Below, one piece after another: positions 10,366-21,077 of a stretch of DNA of 46,294 nucleotides. The position numbers and the translations under genes are program-made. This DNA comes from Phormidesmis sp. (GTDB lineage: Bacteria > Cyanobacteriota > Cyanobacteriia > Phormidesmidales > Phormidesmidaceae). Under the pieces are notes generated by a model. That model made no database searches. It was given only the letters and a program-made list of their open reading frames with translations, and was not told the origin of the DNA. The stretch is from the NCBI GenBank assembly GCA_041746795.1, contig JBGTGK010000097.1, positions 1 to 46,294 on the forward strand, given 5' to 3'. Numbering within the stretch: the first letter of the stretch is position 1; every line of letters starts with the position of its first letter.

Positions 10366-10510
10366 ATTCATTATTCCGCTAATTCAGTAGCACTACAGAG
10401 GTGATGGGCGTTACCCCTCTTGGCAATACGTAAAACTCGCACGACTATACGTTCAGTGACGATTTTCAGGAACTCCAGCCCCGCCGACATTTTTTGTCGG
10501 CGGGGTTTTT
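10366..10510 (+). ncRNA. Candidate ~145-nt sRNA between gltA and ndhA
   Basis: TTGAAA(10332)-N16-TAAGAT(10354, TG-extended) promoter, internal AGAGG...CCTCT hairpin, strong terminator, no convincing ORF. Confidence 0.45.
10478..10510 (+). terminator. Intrinsic terminator
   Basis: GCCCCGCCGACA-TTTTT-TGTCGGCGGGGT stem followed by a T run. Confidence 0.85.
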
Positions 10511-10612
10511 GTATATAGACCGAAAGAGCATACAGGCGCTGATTAAGCGCTAGAATTTGTGAGAGAAATTACCTATGCGCAGATCTCCTAGATAAGAGGC
10601 CTTGTAAAAAGT

Positions 10613-11731
10613 ATGAATCCAGGCATTGACCTTCAAGGGAGTTTTGTTCGAGCCCTGATCGATTTAGGCCTGCCCTCGGGGGTAGCTAAAACCGTTTGGA
10701 TCCCGCTACCAATGCTGCTAATGCTGATAGCAGCGACCGTGAGCATCTTTATTTGCGTGTGGTTAGAGCGTAAGATTTCAGCGGGCGCTCAGCAGCGAGT
10801 CGGGCCAGAATATGTCGGGCCGCTAGGGGCCTTGCAGGCTGTTGCTGATGGCGTAAAGCTGGTTTTCAAGGCCGATATCACACCCGCCAAGTCAGACCCT
10901 TGGCTATTTGCCCTTGGCCCTGCCATTGTGGTGATTCCAGTTTTCCTATCTTTTTTAATTGTGCCCTTCGGTCAAAATTTGATCATTACCGATTTGGGCA
11001 TCGGCATTTTTCTATGGATTGCCCTCTCCAGCATTGCCCCCATTGGCTTTTTAATGGCGGGCTATTCCTCTAATAACAAGTATTCACTGCTAGGCGGACT
11101 GCGGGCTGCGGCTCAATCTATCAGCTATGAAATTCCTTTGGCCTTAGCCGTACTAGCTGTCGTGCTAATGAGCAACGGCCTCAGCACGATTGATATTGTC
11201 AATCAGCAGACTGGCTACGGCATTTTAGGGTGGAATATTTGGAGACAGCCCGTAGGATTTATCATCTTTTGGATTGCGGCCTTAGCCGAATGTGAGCGCT
11301 TGCCTTTTGACCTTCCAGAGGCGGAGGAGGAGCTAGTTGCAGGCTACCAAACTGAATATACTGGCATGAAGTTTGGCCTGTTTTATGTGGGCTCTTACGT
11401 TAACCTGATGCTATCAGCGCTGATTGTGTCGGTACTTTATCTGGGCGGTTGGAGCTTTCCGATTCCGGTAGAGGCGATTACAAGCCTGCTAGGTGTAAGT
11501 GAAAATGCGCCCTGGGTGCAGCTGATTGCGGCTTCACTAGGGATCGTAATGACGCTGCTTAAGGCATATCTGCTGGTATTTCTGACCATCTTGCTGCGGT
11601 GGACGGTACCTCGCGTTCGAATCGACCAGCTGCTTGATTTGGGCTGGAAGTTTCTACTGCCGGTTTCGCTGGTTAACCTACTGGTTACGGCGGGGCTAAA
11701 GTTGTCTTTTCCCTTTGCTTTTGGTGGGTAA
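10613..11731 (+). CDS. ndhA: NDH-1 subunit NdhA (NuoH)
   Basis: [52 protein letters not shown]. Confidence 0.97.
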   Translation: MNPGIDLQGSFVRALIDLGLPSGVAKTVWIPLPMLLMLIAATVSIFICVWLERKISAGAQQRVGPEYVGPLGALQAVADGVKLVFKADITPAKSDPWLFALGPAIVVIPVFLSFLIVPFGQNLIITDLGIGIFLWIALSSIAPIGFLMAGYSSNNKYSLLGGLRAAAQSISYEIPLALAVLAVVLMSNGLSTIDIVNQQTGYGILGWNIWRQPVGFIIFWIAALAECERLPFDLPEAEEELVAGYQTEYTGMKFGLFYVGSYVNLMLSALIVSVLYLGGWSFPIPVEAITSLLGVSENAPWVQLIAASLGIVMTLLKAYLLVFLTILLRWTVPRVRIDQLLDLGWKFLLPVSLVNLLVTAGLKLSFPFAFGG

Positions 11732-11841
11732 TTCTTGACACCTAATCCTTAACCTCTCGGATGGTGAGCAACGAGGAGATTTCGTTTATTCGATAGGTTT
11801 TCTTGGGTGCTCGCCCTACAGTTCTCTCCTTTTTTCTTGTC

Positions 11842-12480
11842 ATGCTGAATTTTCTCAAGCAGGTCGGCGACTACGCAAAAGAAACCGCTCAGGCGGCGAA
11901 ATACATTGGCCAGGGTCTTTCAGTTACCTTTGACCATATGAAACGCCGCCCGGTCACGGTGCAATACCCTTACGAAAAAGTGATTCCCTCAGAGCGGTAT
12001 CGCGGTCGTATCCACTTCGAATTTGATAAGTGCATTTCCTGTGAAGTGTGCGTGCGAGTTTGCCCAATTAACCTGCCGGTGGTGGACTGGGAATTCAATA
12101 AGGAAGCTAAGAAAAAGACGCTTAACCACTACAGCATTGATTTTGGCGTCTGTATTTTTTGCGGTAACTGCGTAGAGTATTGCCCTACTAACTGCCTGTC
12201 AATGACTGAGGAATACGAACTCTCTGTCTATGATCGCCATGATCTTAACTACGACAGCGTAGCGCTAGGCCGGTTGCCTTATAAGGTTACTGACGATCCA
12301 ATGGTGACGCCTCTGCGAGAGTTTGCCTACCTGCCCAAAGGCGTTATGGATCCTCATGATTTGCCAGCAGGCAGCCAGAGGGCCGGTCGCTTGCCTAAAG
12401 ATATTTTGGCTGAGCTAGAAGCGAAAAAAGCTCAGAAGGAAGCCCAAAGTGCTCCCGTCGAAACCGCTGACAAAGGATAA
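11842..12480 (+). CDS. ndhI: NDH-1 subunit NdhI (2x4Fe-4S)
   Basis: [12 protein letters not shown] and [12 protein letters not shown]. Start set at ATG 11842 (MLNFLKQV). Confidence 0.97.
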   Translation: MLNFLKQVGDYAKETAQAAKYIGQGLSVTFDHMKRRPVTVQYPYEKVIPSERYRGRIHFEFDKCISCEVCVRVCPINLPVVDWEFNKEAKKKTLNHYSIDFGVCIFCGNCVEYCPTNCLSMTEEYELSVYDRHDLNYDSVALGRLPYKVTDDPMVTPLREFAYLPKGVMDPHDLPAGSQRAGRLPKDILAELEAKKAQKEAQSAPVETADKG

Positions 12481-12552
12481 TCCTAGAAAGATAATTCTGT
12501 ATGTGCGCAAGGCTAAGACCACAAAAGAAAACATCGTGAGGAGAATATTGCT

Positions 12553-13155
12553 TTGAATTTGGCAGAAGGTGTACAGCTAGTCTCATTAGGCATTCTTGGC
12601 CTGATTATGGTTGCCTCAGCTTTAGGAGTCGTCCTACTTTCTAATATTGTGCACTCGGCTTTTTTACTGTGTCTAACCTTCATTAGCATCTCTGGGATGT
12701 ATATTCTGCTTAACGCCGGGTTCGTAGCGGCGGCTCAGGTGCTGATATACGTGGGGGCGGTCAATGTGCTTATTTTGTTTGGAATCATGCTGGTGAACAA
12801 GCAGGAAGACTTTGTTCCGCTTAAAAACGGCTGGATTGGCAAAGCGGCGACTGCGGCAGTTTGCACAGGCATTTTTGGCCTGATCGGGACGATGGTGGTC
12901 TCTCATCCCTGGGCCATTTCTTCTGCGCCTGCTGCGGGTGACAAAGCCATTGAGGTGATTGGCCAGCACTTTTTTAGTGACTATCTGCTGCCGTTTGAGC
13001 TCGCCTCTATGCTGCTGCTGATTGCTTTAGTTGGCGCGATTATCCTGGCTCGCCGCGAGTTCATTCCAGAGACAGTAGCTCCTCAGCAAGAGGCGCTAAC
13101 GCTGCCAGAACGCCCTCGTGAGCTGGTGGCCGCTGGCACGCGAGACGACAATTAG
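12553..13155 (+). CDS. ndhG: NDH-1 subunit NdhG (NuoJ)
   Basis: AAQVLIYVGAVNVLILF and LLPFELAS. Operon position. Confidence 0.96.
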   Translation: MNLAEGVQLVSLGILGLIMVASALGVVLLSNIVHSAFLLCLTFISISGMYILLNAGFVAAAQVLIYVGAVNVLILFGIMLVNKQEDFVPLKNGWIGKAATAAVCTGIFGLIGTMVVSHPWAISSAPAAGDKAIEVIGQHFFSDYLLPFELASMLLLIALVGAIILARREFIPETVAPQQEALTLPERPRELVAAGTRDDN

Positions 13156-13218
13156 GTCAAGCGTCCTTATTCAACGGATCTATTCAACTGTCCCTACCTG
13201 ACGTATGAGCGACTTTTT

Positions 13219-13524
13219 ATGCAACTTGAGTATTTTTTACTGCTAGCCGCTGCCCTGTTCTCCATTGGTATTTATGGCTTGGTCACCAGCCGTAACGTCA
13301 TTCGCGTGCTGATGTCTATTGAGCTGATGCTCAATGCGGTCAATATCAATTTGATGGCGTTTTCTAACTATCTAGACCCTAGCGCTATCAAAGGGCAGGT
13401 ATTTGCGGTGTTTGTGATTACGATTGCAGCGGCTGAGGCGGCTGTAGGCCTGGCGATTGTGCTATCTATTTACCGCAATCGCGATACGGTGGATATGGAA
13501 CAGTTTAATTTACTCAAGTGGTAA
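13219..13524 (+). CDS. ndhE: NDH-1 subunit NdhE (NuoK)
   Basis: [12 protein letters not shown] and [12 protein letters not shown]. Confidence 0.97.
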   Translation: MQLEYFLLLAAALFSIGIYGLVTSRNVIRVLMSIELMLNAVNINLMAFSNYLDPSAIKGQVFAVFVITIAAAEAAVGLAIVLSIYRNRDTVDMEQFNLLKW

Positions 13525-13573
13525 GAGCTTAAGAACCGTATGCCACAGCCGCACACAACAGGGGAGCCTTTGC

Positions 13574-14494
13574 GTGGAGCTAAAGCAAGTCATTATCGTA
13601 TATAAGGCAGGCAGTTCGGCTAGTAAAAGCTGCGCTGATAAGTGTGCTCGCCAGCTAGAGGTCTTGGGCGCGAAGGTGATGATGGGGCCAAGCGGGGCTC
13701 AGGACAATCCCTATCCGGTTTTTTTAGAGTCAACGCCTGCGTCGATCGATCTGGCTGTGGTGCTGGGCGGTGATGGAACGGCTTTGGCGGCAGCGCGCCA
13801 TCTGTCGGCTGATGATATTCCTATGCTGGCGGTGAATGTGGGCGGGCATTTGGGGTTTTTGGCGGAGTCGGCAGATGAGATTGATGCGTTTGAGCAAGTG
13901 TGGGAAAGATTGCTCGGCGATCGCTTTGCCGTACAGCAGCGCATGATGCTTCAGGCCAGGGCGCACAAGGGTGCTTCGGGTAATATTGAGCCGATGAGCG
14001 ATCGCTACTTTGCGCTCAACGAAATGTGCGTAAAACCGGCTTCGCCCAACCGCATGATCACCTCTGTTTTAGAGGTGGAAATAGACGGCGAAGTCGTCGA
14101 TCAATACCAGGGCGACGGTCTGCTGATTAGCACACCGACGGGCTCTACAGGCTATACCGTTTCGGCAAATGGCCCGATTGTACATCCGGGAATGCAGGCG
14201 CTGATTGTCACGCCTATTTGCCCGATGAGCCTGTCTAGTCGGCCCATTGTGCTGCCGCCAGGGAGCACAGTTAGCGTGTGGCCGCTGGCAGATACGGAAG
14301 GCAATACCAAGCTGTGGACAGATGGCGTTTTAGGGACGGCTATCTGGCCGGGTCAGCGGGTTGATGTTCGGATGGCTAGCCACCTAGCGAAGTTTATTGT
14401 TTTGAAGGAGAATCAGTCTTACTACCGGACGCTGCGCAATAAGTTGCAGTGGGCCGGGGCACGGGTGAACTATCGGAACGATCATCGGAAGTAG
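13574..14494 (+). CDS. nadK: NAD(+) kinase
   Basis: LGGDGT, GHLGFL, ALNE, DGLLISTPTGSTGY. Start set at GTG 13574. Confidence 0.94.
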   Translation: MELKQVIIVYKAGSSASKSCADKCARQLEVLGAKVMMGPSGAQDNPYPVFLESTPASIDLAVVLGGDGTALAAARHLSADDIPMLAVNVGGHLGFLAESADEIDAFEQVWERLLGDRFAVQQRMMLQARAHKGASGNIEPMSDRYFALNEMCVKPASPNRMITSVLEVEIDGEVVDQYQGDGLLISTPTGSTGYTVSANGPIVHPGMQALIVTPICPMSLSSRPIVLPPGSTVSVWPLADTEGNTKLWTDGVLGTAIWPGQRVDVRMASHLAKFIVLKENQSYYRTLRNKLQWAGARVNYRNDHRK

Positions 14495-14584
14495 GCTTCG
14501 GCTACGCTCAGCCTACCAACTATACTTGGCCTACCAACTAGGCTCAGCCTACATCAGGAGCTGGTGGCTAAGCGCAGCCGAAGT
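14495..14584. repeat. REP/MITE-like inverted-repeat element between convergent genes
   Basis: Arms GCTTCGGCTACGCTCAGCC (14495-14513) and GGCTAAGCGCAGCCGAAGT (14566-14584), with a duplicated GCCTACCAACTA between them. Confidence 0.65.
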
Positions 14585-16359
14585 CATCCGACGCTCCAGG
14601 GTAGCCGCACCATGAGTTGATTGCGGCCTCGACGTTTGGCTTCATATAGGCCCAGGTCTGCGGTATCGACAAGCGTGCTGATGGGGATGTCTGGATTGGG
14701 TGTAAGGGTAGTCACGCCCAGACTAATGCTGACGTAAGGGGAAACCTGAGAGGCTTTGTGCTCCATCTGTAGGGCAAGGACGTTTTCAGCGGCGTCTTTG
14801 GCGATTTGCTGTGCGCCTTCGGAGGTGGTGTTGGGCAGCAAAATGACGAACTCTTCTCCACCATAGCGAGCGGCCAAATCATCGGGGCGACGAGCGGCCT
14901 TACCAATGGCTCTGGCCACCTGCTTCAGGCATTCGTCGCCTTAAGGGTGGCCGTAGGTGTCGTTGTAAAGCTTGAAGTAGTCTACGTCGCAGAGGATAAG
15001 TGATAGCGGAGTGTGCGATCGCAATGCCCGCTGCCACTCCTGCACCAAATGCTCTTGAAAGGCGCGGCGATTGGCCAGCTGAGTTAGGTCATCCACTTGA
15101 GAAAGGGCTTGCAGACGGTTGATCTTTTGCAAGCGCGTGATAATGGGCGCGGCACATAACGATAGGCTCACGGGCACCACAGGTAGCCACCAGCCAGAAA
15201 CAACTAGCGCCAAATAGCCCAAGCCAACTATCCCTGCTAAAGTTAGCCCCAATAGCTTCAGGCGATGAAAATCATTTCTGCCAAATTGGTAAAGGCAGAT
15301 GCCCAGCCCCGCAGAAATCGCAATCAGCCCAACTTCCATAGGCTTTGGCAGCGTCTGAATAACGGGCCTTTGACCAAAAGCCGCGCTAATGATTTGGCTG
15401 GCCATGCTGGCATGAACTTCAATACCGTGACTGGGCAGCAGACCCACCCCACCTTTGCGGCTGCTGTAGGGCGTAAAAAAGACGTCAGCATCGCCTGACT
15501 GCCTGCTGCCGACCAGCACAATTTTATCGCCCAGGGTGCCCGGCGGAACGGTGCCTTCTAAAATATCTCGGGCGCTAAACGTTTGAAAGGTGGGGTCGGC
15601 ACGCCAGTTCATAATTAGCTGATAGCCGCCCGCGTCGGCATTGTGATAGCCACCAGAGTTTTTTTCAAAAGGGGGCAGTCTGACAAAGCCTAGCTCCAGT
15701 ACATCAGCATTGGAACTGGGCTTAATATCAAGGCTCTTTAGGTACTCTAGGGCGACGCGAAAGGCGAGGCTTTCGATCACGCGATCGCCCGACGCGCTCG
15801 GAAATAAAAACCCCCGACGAATCCGCCCATCTACATCCACAATCAAATCGCTCGCAGCCACCCTGTCGTTCTGCACCAGCACTGAATTTCCAGATACTGA
15901 AGAGAGCGCTGCATCATCCACAACCTTCTCAATGCCAATGAGGTTAGGCGTTTCAGCAAAAATTTTTTGAAGTCGCTCGTATCCCTCATCGTGAGGTACA
16001 TTGCGAAAAAGATCTATCCCGATTACCGTAGGATTCTGCTTCTTAACTGCTTCAATAACATCAGCGAGCATTTGATCTGAAACGACAGCCTGCCCATATC
16101 GCACAATATCCTGCTCATCAATCCCGATAATAACCACCCGCGTATCCGGCTGCTCAGTGATCCGGTGGCTCATCATCCAGTCAAAGGTATGTAGCTCCCA
16201 AACCTGGAAAGCCCCCGTCCCTCGAAGGGCCATTATCCCCCCAGTTGCAATTATCCCCAGCAGCGACGACACATATTTCTGACTGATCAACCGTCGCCGC
16301 CAGCTATTAAGGACATTTGTCCATTCCATGGCAGGCGACTTGCAAGGCTTGTCCACCAC
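14584..16359 (-). pseudogene. CHASE2-domain diguanylate cyclase interrupted by a single in-frame TAA (14941-14943)
   Basis: CHASE2 ([24 protein letters not shown]) + 3 TM + GGDEF domain. Reads NDTYGHP-TAA-GDECLKQVARAI...RPDDLAARYGGEEF in one frame. Confidence 0.88.
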
Positions 16360-16661
16360 GTAAAATCTGTTCCTCTACCGTTTTCCTCATCTTTTGCAAT
16401 ATGGTGTTGCATAGGGCAAAAAAGAGGCAGCCTTTGTAAAAACGCCTCGAAAGACACCCCGGCAAATCGCTGCGTGAGGTGGTAATTCTTACCTTTATTA
16501 AACCCACTCAATCCGCTAGAGATTCATCTACACGGGCACGATCAGTATGGATCATGAACTAGATAAGCTGAAGGCGTTATTAAAACAGAAACCCTTGCTC
16601 CAAGCGATTTCTCAAAGCAAAGGTCTATAAAATCAGCGCTCTTTAAAGCGGTCGGAAAAGT

Positions 16662-17408
16662 CTAAGAAGCTAAGGCTCTTGCTAAAGACAGGTCTAGAGG
16701 CACCTCCGTATGGGCTTGGTTTAGCAGCTCGCAAATCTCCAGCAGCGTGTTCATCTTTAGGTCTGTGCGGTATGCTGCGACTAACGTATTAAGCGCATCG
16801 TACCAAATGCCCTTAGCAGCATAGGCATCTGCTCTTTCTATCGGTGTCATGAAGCCAACCGTAGCCGCTAGCTCCCTGTCGGCGACTCGCTCTATAAAGC
16901 TTCGAGCGTGAACTTCATGGGCGCCGCCATTGCAGGTAGCAACCACTGTCCATCGGTAGCGCGCACCTACTTCTAGAGCGACTGATTTAGGTAAGGATAA
17001 CTCAATTAACCCTGAGTTAGCTCTCACATGCTCGATATACACCGGGACTGCTTGATCAGGATGAGAAAGAACAAACTCCATGTCAACCTTTTGATTGCTC
17101 TCTAAATACCAGGAAAGCGTAGGCCGAGCCTTAGTTGTCAGACCTGTAGTGCCGTCAGGGACTAGCAGCGTCACTGCCGGATCAGGAACGAGAGAATCTA
17201 AGGCGCAAGCTGAAGCCGAGATACTCCTACGGCCTCCCGACAGCGTGCTCGAAGCGCTGCCTCGATCGGGATTGGGTGTCCAGCGAACGTTGGCCTGAGC
17301 AGCAGCGCTAATTTGCAGATTGCCTGCTTGATGAGGTGTAGCAGGAACGTATGTGCCTGACCAAGCAGCCAGAGTTAAAAATGCGCCGAGAACGTGATAT
17401 TTGCTCAC
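16662..17408 (-). CDS. DUF928 domain-containing exported protein
   Basis: Signal-like N-terminus, GGRR...C, GLTT..RPTLSWY, YRWTV, YA..GIWYDAL. Adjacent to a CHASE2 gene, as usual for this family. Confidence 0.85.
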   Translation of the reverse strand: MSKYHVLGAFLTLAAWSGTYVPATPHQAGNLQISAAAQANVRWTPNPDRGSASSTLSGGRRSISASACALDSLVPDPAVTLLVPDGTTGLTTKARPTLSWYLESNQKVDMEFVLSHPDQAVPVYIEHVRANSGLIELSLPKSVALEVGARYRWTVVATCNGGAHEVHARSFIERVADRELAATVGFMTPIERADAYAAKGIWYDALNTLVAAYRTDLKMNTLLEICELLNQAHTEVPLDLSLARALAS

Positions 17409-17710
17409 TGTGAAGTCCTTACGGTTTTGTGATATCCACTGAACAGCTACCTCAGCAGGCTATTGTTTGCGGTATAAATTTATACTGGCTTTAGAGACAG
17501 AATCCGCAACATTTGAAATAAGCTTTTAGTGAAAGCAAGCGCTCTTTACTTAAAGTTTTAGTAGGTAATCGGCGGTAAAGTTAGAATCTAAAAAGATCCG
17601 TTCAAAGCGCTGTTTCATCTTGATCGCGCTTATCAAGATCAATGACTCTAAGCGCTGATGTCTATAAGTGAGACATTCTCATAATCGGTTTGAGCAGAGT
17701 AGTTAGGGCG

Positions 17711-18169
17711 CTAGTAAACCCTGCCATCTCTGTGCTCGAACTGACGATTCCCATCAGTCGTCGGCACGCAGACCAGATCCTCGTCAGGATATTCAGCGCG
17801 ATCGGGCGTCGATTTATCCCCAATTTCTAAATAGGTTGCGATCGCATCAGAGCGGTTTACAAGGTGATGGCCGTTGGCTCTACCTGCTACAAAGCCCGCC
17901 ATGTCTCCAGGGGTGAGCGTTTGCTCGCCTTCGTCAGTAATAAGCACTAGCTCGCCCGATGCAACGTATACAAACTCATCTTGGGCAGAGTGCCAGTGCC
18001 TTAGAGCAGACTGGCTGCCGGGTGCGAGCGTGGTTAAATTGACGCCAAAGTTTTGCAGACCGGCGGCTTTGCCAACTCGCTGACGCGATCGCCCCACCAC
18101 CGCCATCTGAAACGATTCGGGATAATTAGAGCCTGTTTCAACCGGAACCGCCGATAAATCGATCTGCAT
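17711..18169 (-). CDS. Cupin domain protein
   Basis: FGVNLTTLAPGSQSALRHWHSAQDEFVYV...GHHLVN. Confidence 0.88.
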   Translation of the reverse strand: MQIDLSAVPVETGSNYPESFQMAVVGRSRQRVGKAAGLQNFGVNLTTLAPGSQSALRHWHSAQDEFVYVASGELVLITDEGEQTLTPGDMAGFVAGRANGHHLVNRSDAIATYLEIGDKSTPDRAEYPDEDLVCVPTTDGNRQFEHRDGRVY

Positions 18170-18214
18170 TTACTTCACCTACAAAAAAACTTTGCCTAAG
18201 TTAATCAGTGATAA

Positions 18215-18841
18215 TCATGCCTTCGGCTGCCAGCTCGGCTCTAAGGGCGTAGCTTGAAAGGCTGGCAGTGCCTCAGCCCGTCCGGAAAGTGCAGATAGCG
18301 CAGGGTAGCGACGGCTATCAATAACATCAGCAACAATGAGCTGAGTAAACTGCCAGGCGACGCAAACGCTGATATCGGCCTGGGTTAGAGCATCGTTGAT
18401 TAACCAGCCAGACGTTTCAGCGGCATAGGGTTCGAGTAAATCGTAGGCGGCGACTAGCTGAGATTGAATGCGATCTTGCCAGGGCTGATACTGCTTTTCG
18501 TCTGGCCGCTGGCGCTCATATACTATCTGCACACTTTTGTCGCAGGCGTTTATGGCTAGGCCAATCAGCCGCGTGGCTTGCTGATAGTAGGAGATCGCCT
18601 CAGGCATTAGCGACTGACCTGAGAGTTTTTCGAGGTAAGCCAAAATCAGGGTTGAATCCATCAGCACTTCGCTGTTATCACACACTATCGTGGGTGCTTT
18701 TATCAGCAGGTTTATTTGGCTGAACTCGTCTATGTTGCGAAAGACGGACAGGGAAGCATGGTCGAAGGGGATGTCGAGAGAGTGGAGGGCGATCGCCACG
18801 CGCCGAACATAGGGAGAATCGAGCATTCCAATCAGCTGCAT
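18215..18841 (-). CDS. Glutathione S-transferase family protein
   Basis: GMLDSPYVRRV, KAPT..., LMDSTLI, TQADI. Confidence 0.9.
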   Translation of the reverse strand: MQLIGMLDSPYVRRVAIALHSLDIPFDHASLSVFRNIDEFSQINLLIKAPTIVCDNSEVLMDSTLILAYLEKLSGQSLMPEAISYYQQATRLIGLAINACDKSVQIVYERQRPDEKQYQPWQDRIQSQLVAAYDLLEPYAAETSGWLINDALTQADISVCVAWQFTQLIVADVIDSRRYPALSALSGRAEALPAFQATPLEPSWQPKA

Positions 18842-18975
18842 AGCACTTTGCCTCTATTCATTGACCTTTTACGTTAACCCTTATAGACAACCACATATAT
18901 AGACTCGCTCCATATCTATTAAATATATGAGCGCCATCATTTCAATAGATAAATCTGAGTCCTCACGCCCGCCGT

Positions 18976-19488
18976 TTACGTGGGCAGCATTTGAAAAATG
19001 TTCTCTACGAGCGCCTTGGTTTTATCGTCTAGCTGCTGCCAATCTACTTCACCCGCTTCATCAAACAGGCTGCTATCAGCATCAATCGCACCGTTTTTTT
19101 GCGCCGCCAGCACGACATCATCCAACGCACATACCCGGTAGCACATGGCCCAAATATCTACCGTTTGATCGGGATAGTTCGCCTTCGTCAGCCTAAGTGT
19201 GTACAGCGGAGAAGGCTGCGGTAGCTGAGACATCAAATTAGCGACCCGATCGTGCTCTTCGGGCGGAACGCCATGTAGCAGCTTTTGCAGAGCAGCGTAT
19301 TCTTGCTGCTGCGCGGGCGTTGTTCCCTCGGGCCAAATCAGCTCTTCCTCATATTTACCTTGCCAGTCAGTGAGATCTAGCTGCTTGCGAATATTGTCAA
19401 TGACTCGAATCAACGCGGGCTGCATTAATTGCTGCACTTGGGCTCTGGCTAAGGCCGTAGAAAATTGGGGCGTAACCATTGGCGTCAT
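18976..19488 (-). CDS. Conserved cyanobacterial hypothetical protein
   Basis: 170-aa ORF whose start overlaps the ruvC stop. LMQPALIRVIDNIRKQL...VDIWAMCYRVC...VDWQQLD. Confidence 0.75.
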   Translation of the reverse strand: MTPMVTPQFSTALARAQVQQLMQPALIRVIDNIRKQLDLTDWQGKYEEELIWPEGTTPAQQQEYAALQKLLHGVPPEEHDRVANLMSQLPQPSPLYTLRLTKANYPDQTVDIWAMCYRVCALDDVVLAAQKNGAIDADSSLFDEAGEVDWQQLDDKTKALVENIFQMLPT

Positions 19489-19985
19489 AGCTCATCCATC
19501 CGAAACCAGGCGGTTAGCGCAACCGCTAGCCCATCGGCAGCATCGTCGGGCTTAGGGATGCTTTCTAGCTTTAGCTCACGGGTAATTGCATCTTGCACAT
19601 CTGCCTTATCGGCGTTGCCATGTCCGGCGACAGAAAGCTTTATTTGAGCAGGCGTAAACTCCACAAAAGGCAGGTTGCGCTGAGCCAATACCAGCATCAC
19701 CACGCCCCTGGCCTGAGCCACCAAAATGATGCTGCCCATCTTGTAAGAAAACAGCTTTTCAATGGAGACCAAATCTGGCTGGTACTCGTCAATGACGCTG
19801 TGCAAGTCGTCATAAATAGTACATAGCCGCTTGCCAGTGTCGGTGCGAGCTGCCGTTTTTACCACGCCGTAGTCCACCGTTTTAATTTTAGGTGAGAGCG
19901 ATCGCATCTCGGCAGGGTCGTATTCAATCACCCCAAACCCTAAAATAGCCAGCCCTGGGTCAAGCCCCAGAATACGTTTGGTCAT
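19485..19985 (-). CDS. ruvC: Holliday junction resolvase RuvC
   Basis: ILGLDPG, SIEKLF, QARGV, KPDDAADGLAVA. Confidence 0.95.
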   Translation of the reverse strand: MTKRILGLDPGLAILGFGVIEYDPAEMRSLSPKIKTVDYGVVKTAARTDTGKRLCTIYDDLHSVIDEYQPDLVSIEKLFSYKMGSIILVAQARGVVMLVLAQRNLPFVEFTPAQIKLSVAGHGNADKADVQDAITRELKLESIPKPDDAADGLAVALTAWFRMDEL

Positions 19986-19994
19986 CCTAGCTTT

Positions 19995-21077
19995 CTATCT
20001 CACACCCGCTGGCTGACGACCGTTGGCAGACATGATCGGCTCGGCAACACCAAACGCCTTGCTGAAAGTTTTCTCTACCTTAAAGCCAGAGTCAATCGAC
20101 TCCAAGGGATCCTTCCGCAGTCGGTGGCGCAGACATAGCGCAATCACCTTTTGAATATCTTCAAGCGTTACTTCCGTGCGGCCTTCATAGGCGGCTAGGG
20201 CTTTAGCAGCGCGATTGCTAACAATATCGCCCCGCAGACCATCCACGTCTAGCTTAGAACATACTTCGGAAATTTTGACTTGAAACTCGCGCTCTAGCAC
20301 CACGCTGCTCAGACGGTTTTGAGCGTCAATAATCTTTTGCTGGAGGGCATCCTGTTCAGCCTGGCACTTAGCGGTAAATTCGTCTGGATTTTGGTCAAAC
20401 TCGGTGCGCTGCTCGACGATTTGGACGCGCATTTCAGGATCGCGCACGGTACGAATCTCGGCGTGCATACCAAAGCGATCCAGCAGCTGAGGACGCAGCT
20501 CACCTTCCTCCGGATTACCGGAGCCAATCAGGACGAACTGAGCCGGGTGACGAACCGAAATGCCCTCACGCTCTACGGTATTCCAGCCGGAGGCCGCAGA
20601 ATCGAGCAGGACATCTACTAGGTGATCGTCTAATAAATTAACTTCGTCTACGTACAGCAGGCCGCGATTAGCCTTGGCAAGTAGGCCCGGCTCAAAGGCT
20701 TTAATGCCTTCTGACAGGGCTTTTTCAATATCAATGGTGCCGCAAACGCGATCTTCAGTGGCACCCAGCGGCAAATCAACCATGGGCACTTTTTTCGCTG
20801 CGACTGGAATGTCCTGTCCTTCGTAGTCTGACTTTACATCGAGATCGTCAGGGGCGCGGTTGTAGGGGTCGCCAGCGGTCACTTCAATTTTGGGGAGAAG
20901 GTCAGCAAGGGCGCGAATGGTGGTGGATTTGCCCGTGCCGCGATCGCCCATAATCATCACGCCACCAATCTTCGGATCGATCACGTTTAAAATCAGCGCT
21001 AACTTCATGTCCTCTTGGCCAATCACCGCAGTGAAAGGAAAGACGGCGCGGCGGGCTAGGGGCTTGGCGTTACTCAC
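19995..21077 (-). CDS. chlI: Magnesium chelatase ATPase subunit I
   Basis: [59 protein letters not shown]. Confidence 0.97.
   Translation of the reverse strand: MSNAKPLARRAVFPFTAVIGQEDMKLALILNVIDPKIGGVMIMGDRGTGKSTTIRALADLLPKIEVTAGDPYNRAPDDLDVKSDYEGQDIPVAAKKVPMVDLPLGATEDRVCGTIDIEKALSEGIKAFEPGLLAKANRGLLYVDEVNLLDDHLVDVLLDSAASGWNTVEREGISVRHPAQFVLIGSGNPEEGELRPQLLDRFGMHAEIRTVRDPEMRVQIVEQRTEFDQNPDEFTAKCQAEQDALQQKIIDAQNRLSSVVLEREFQVKISEVCSKLDVDGLRGDIVSNRAAKALAAYEGRTEVTLEDIQKVIALCLRHRLRKDPLESIDSGFKVEKTFSKAFGVAEPIMSANGRQPAGVR

Noticed and set aside
1497-14943. Stop-codon reassignment (TAG/TAA read as Gln)
   Set aside because: TAA and TAG end many conserved genes at their expected positions (e.g. ndhA, ndhE, nadK, dxs), and no suppressor tRNA is in the window.
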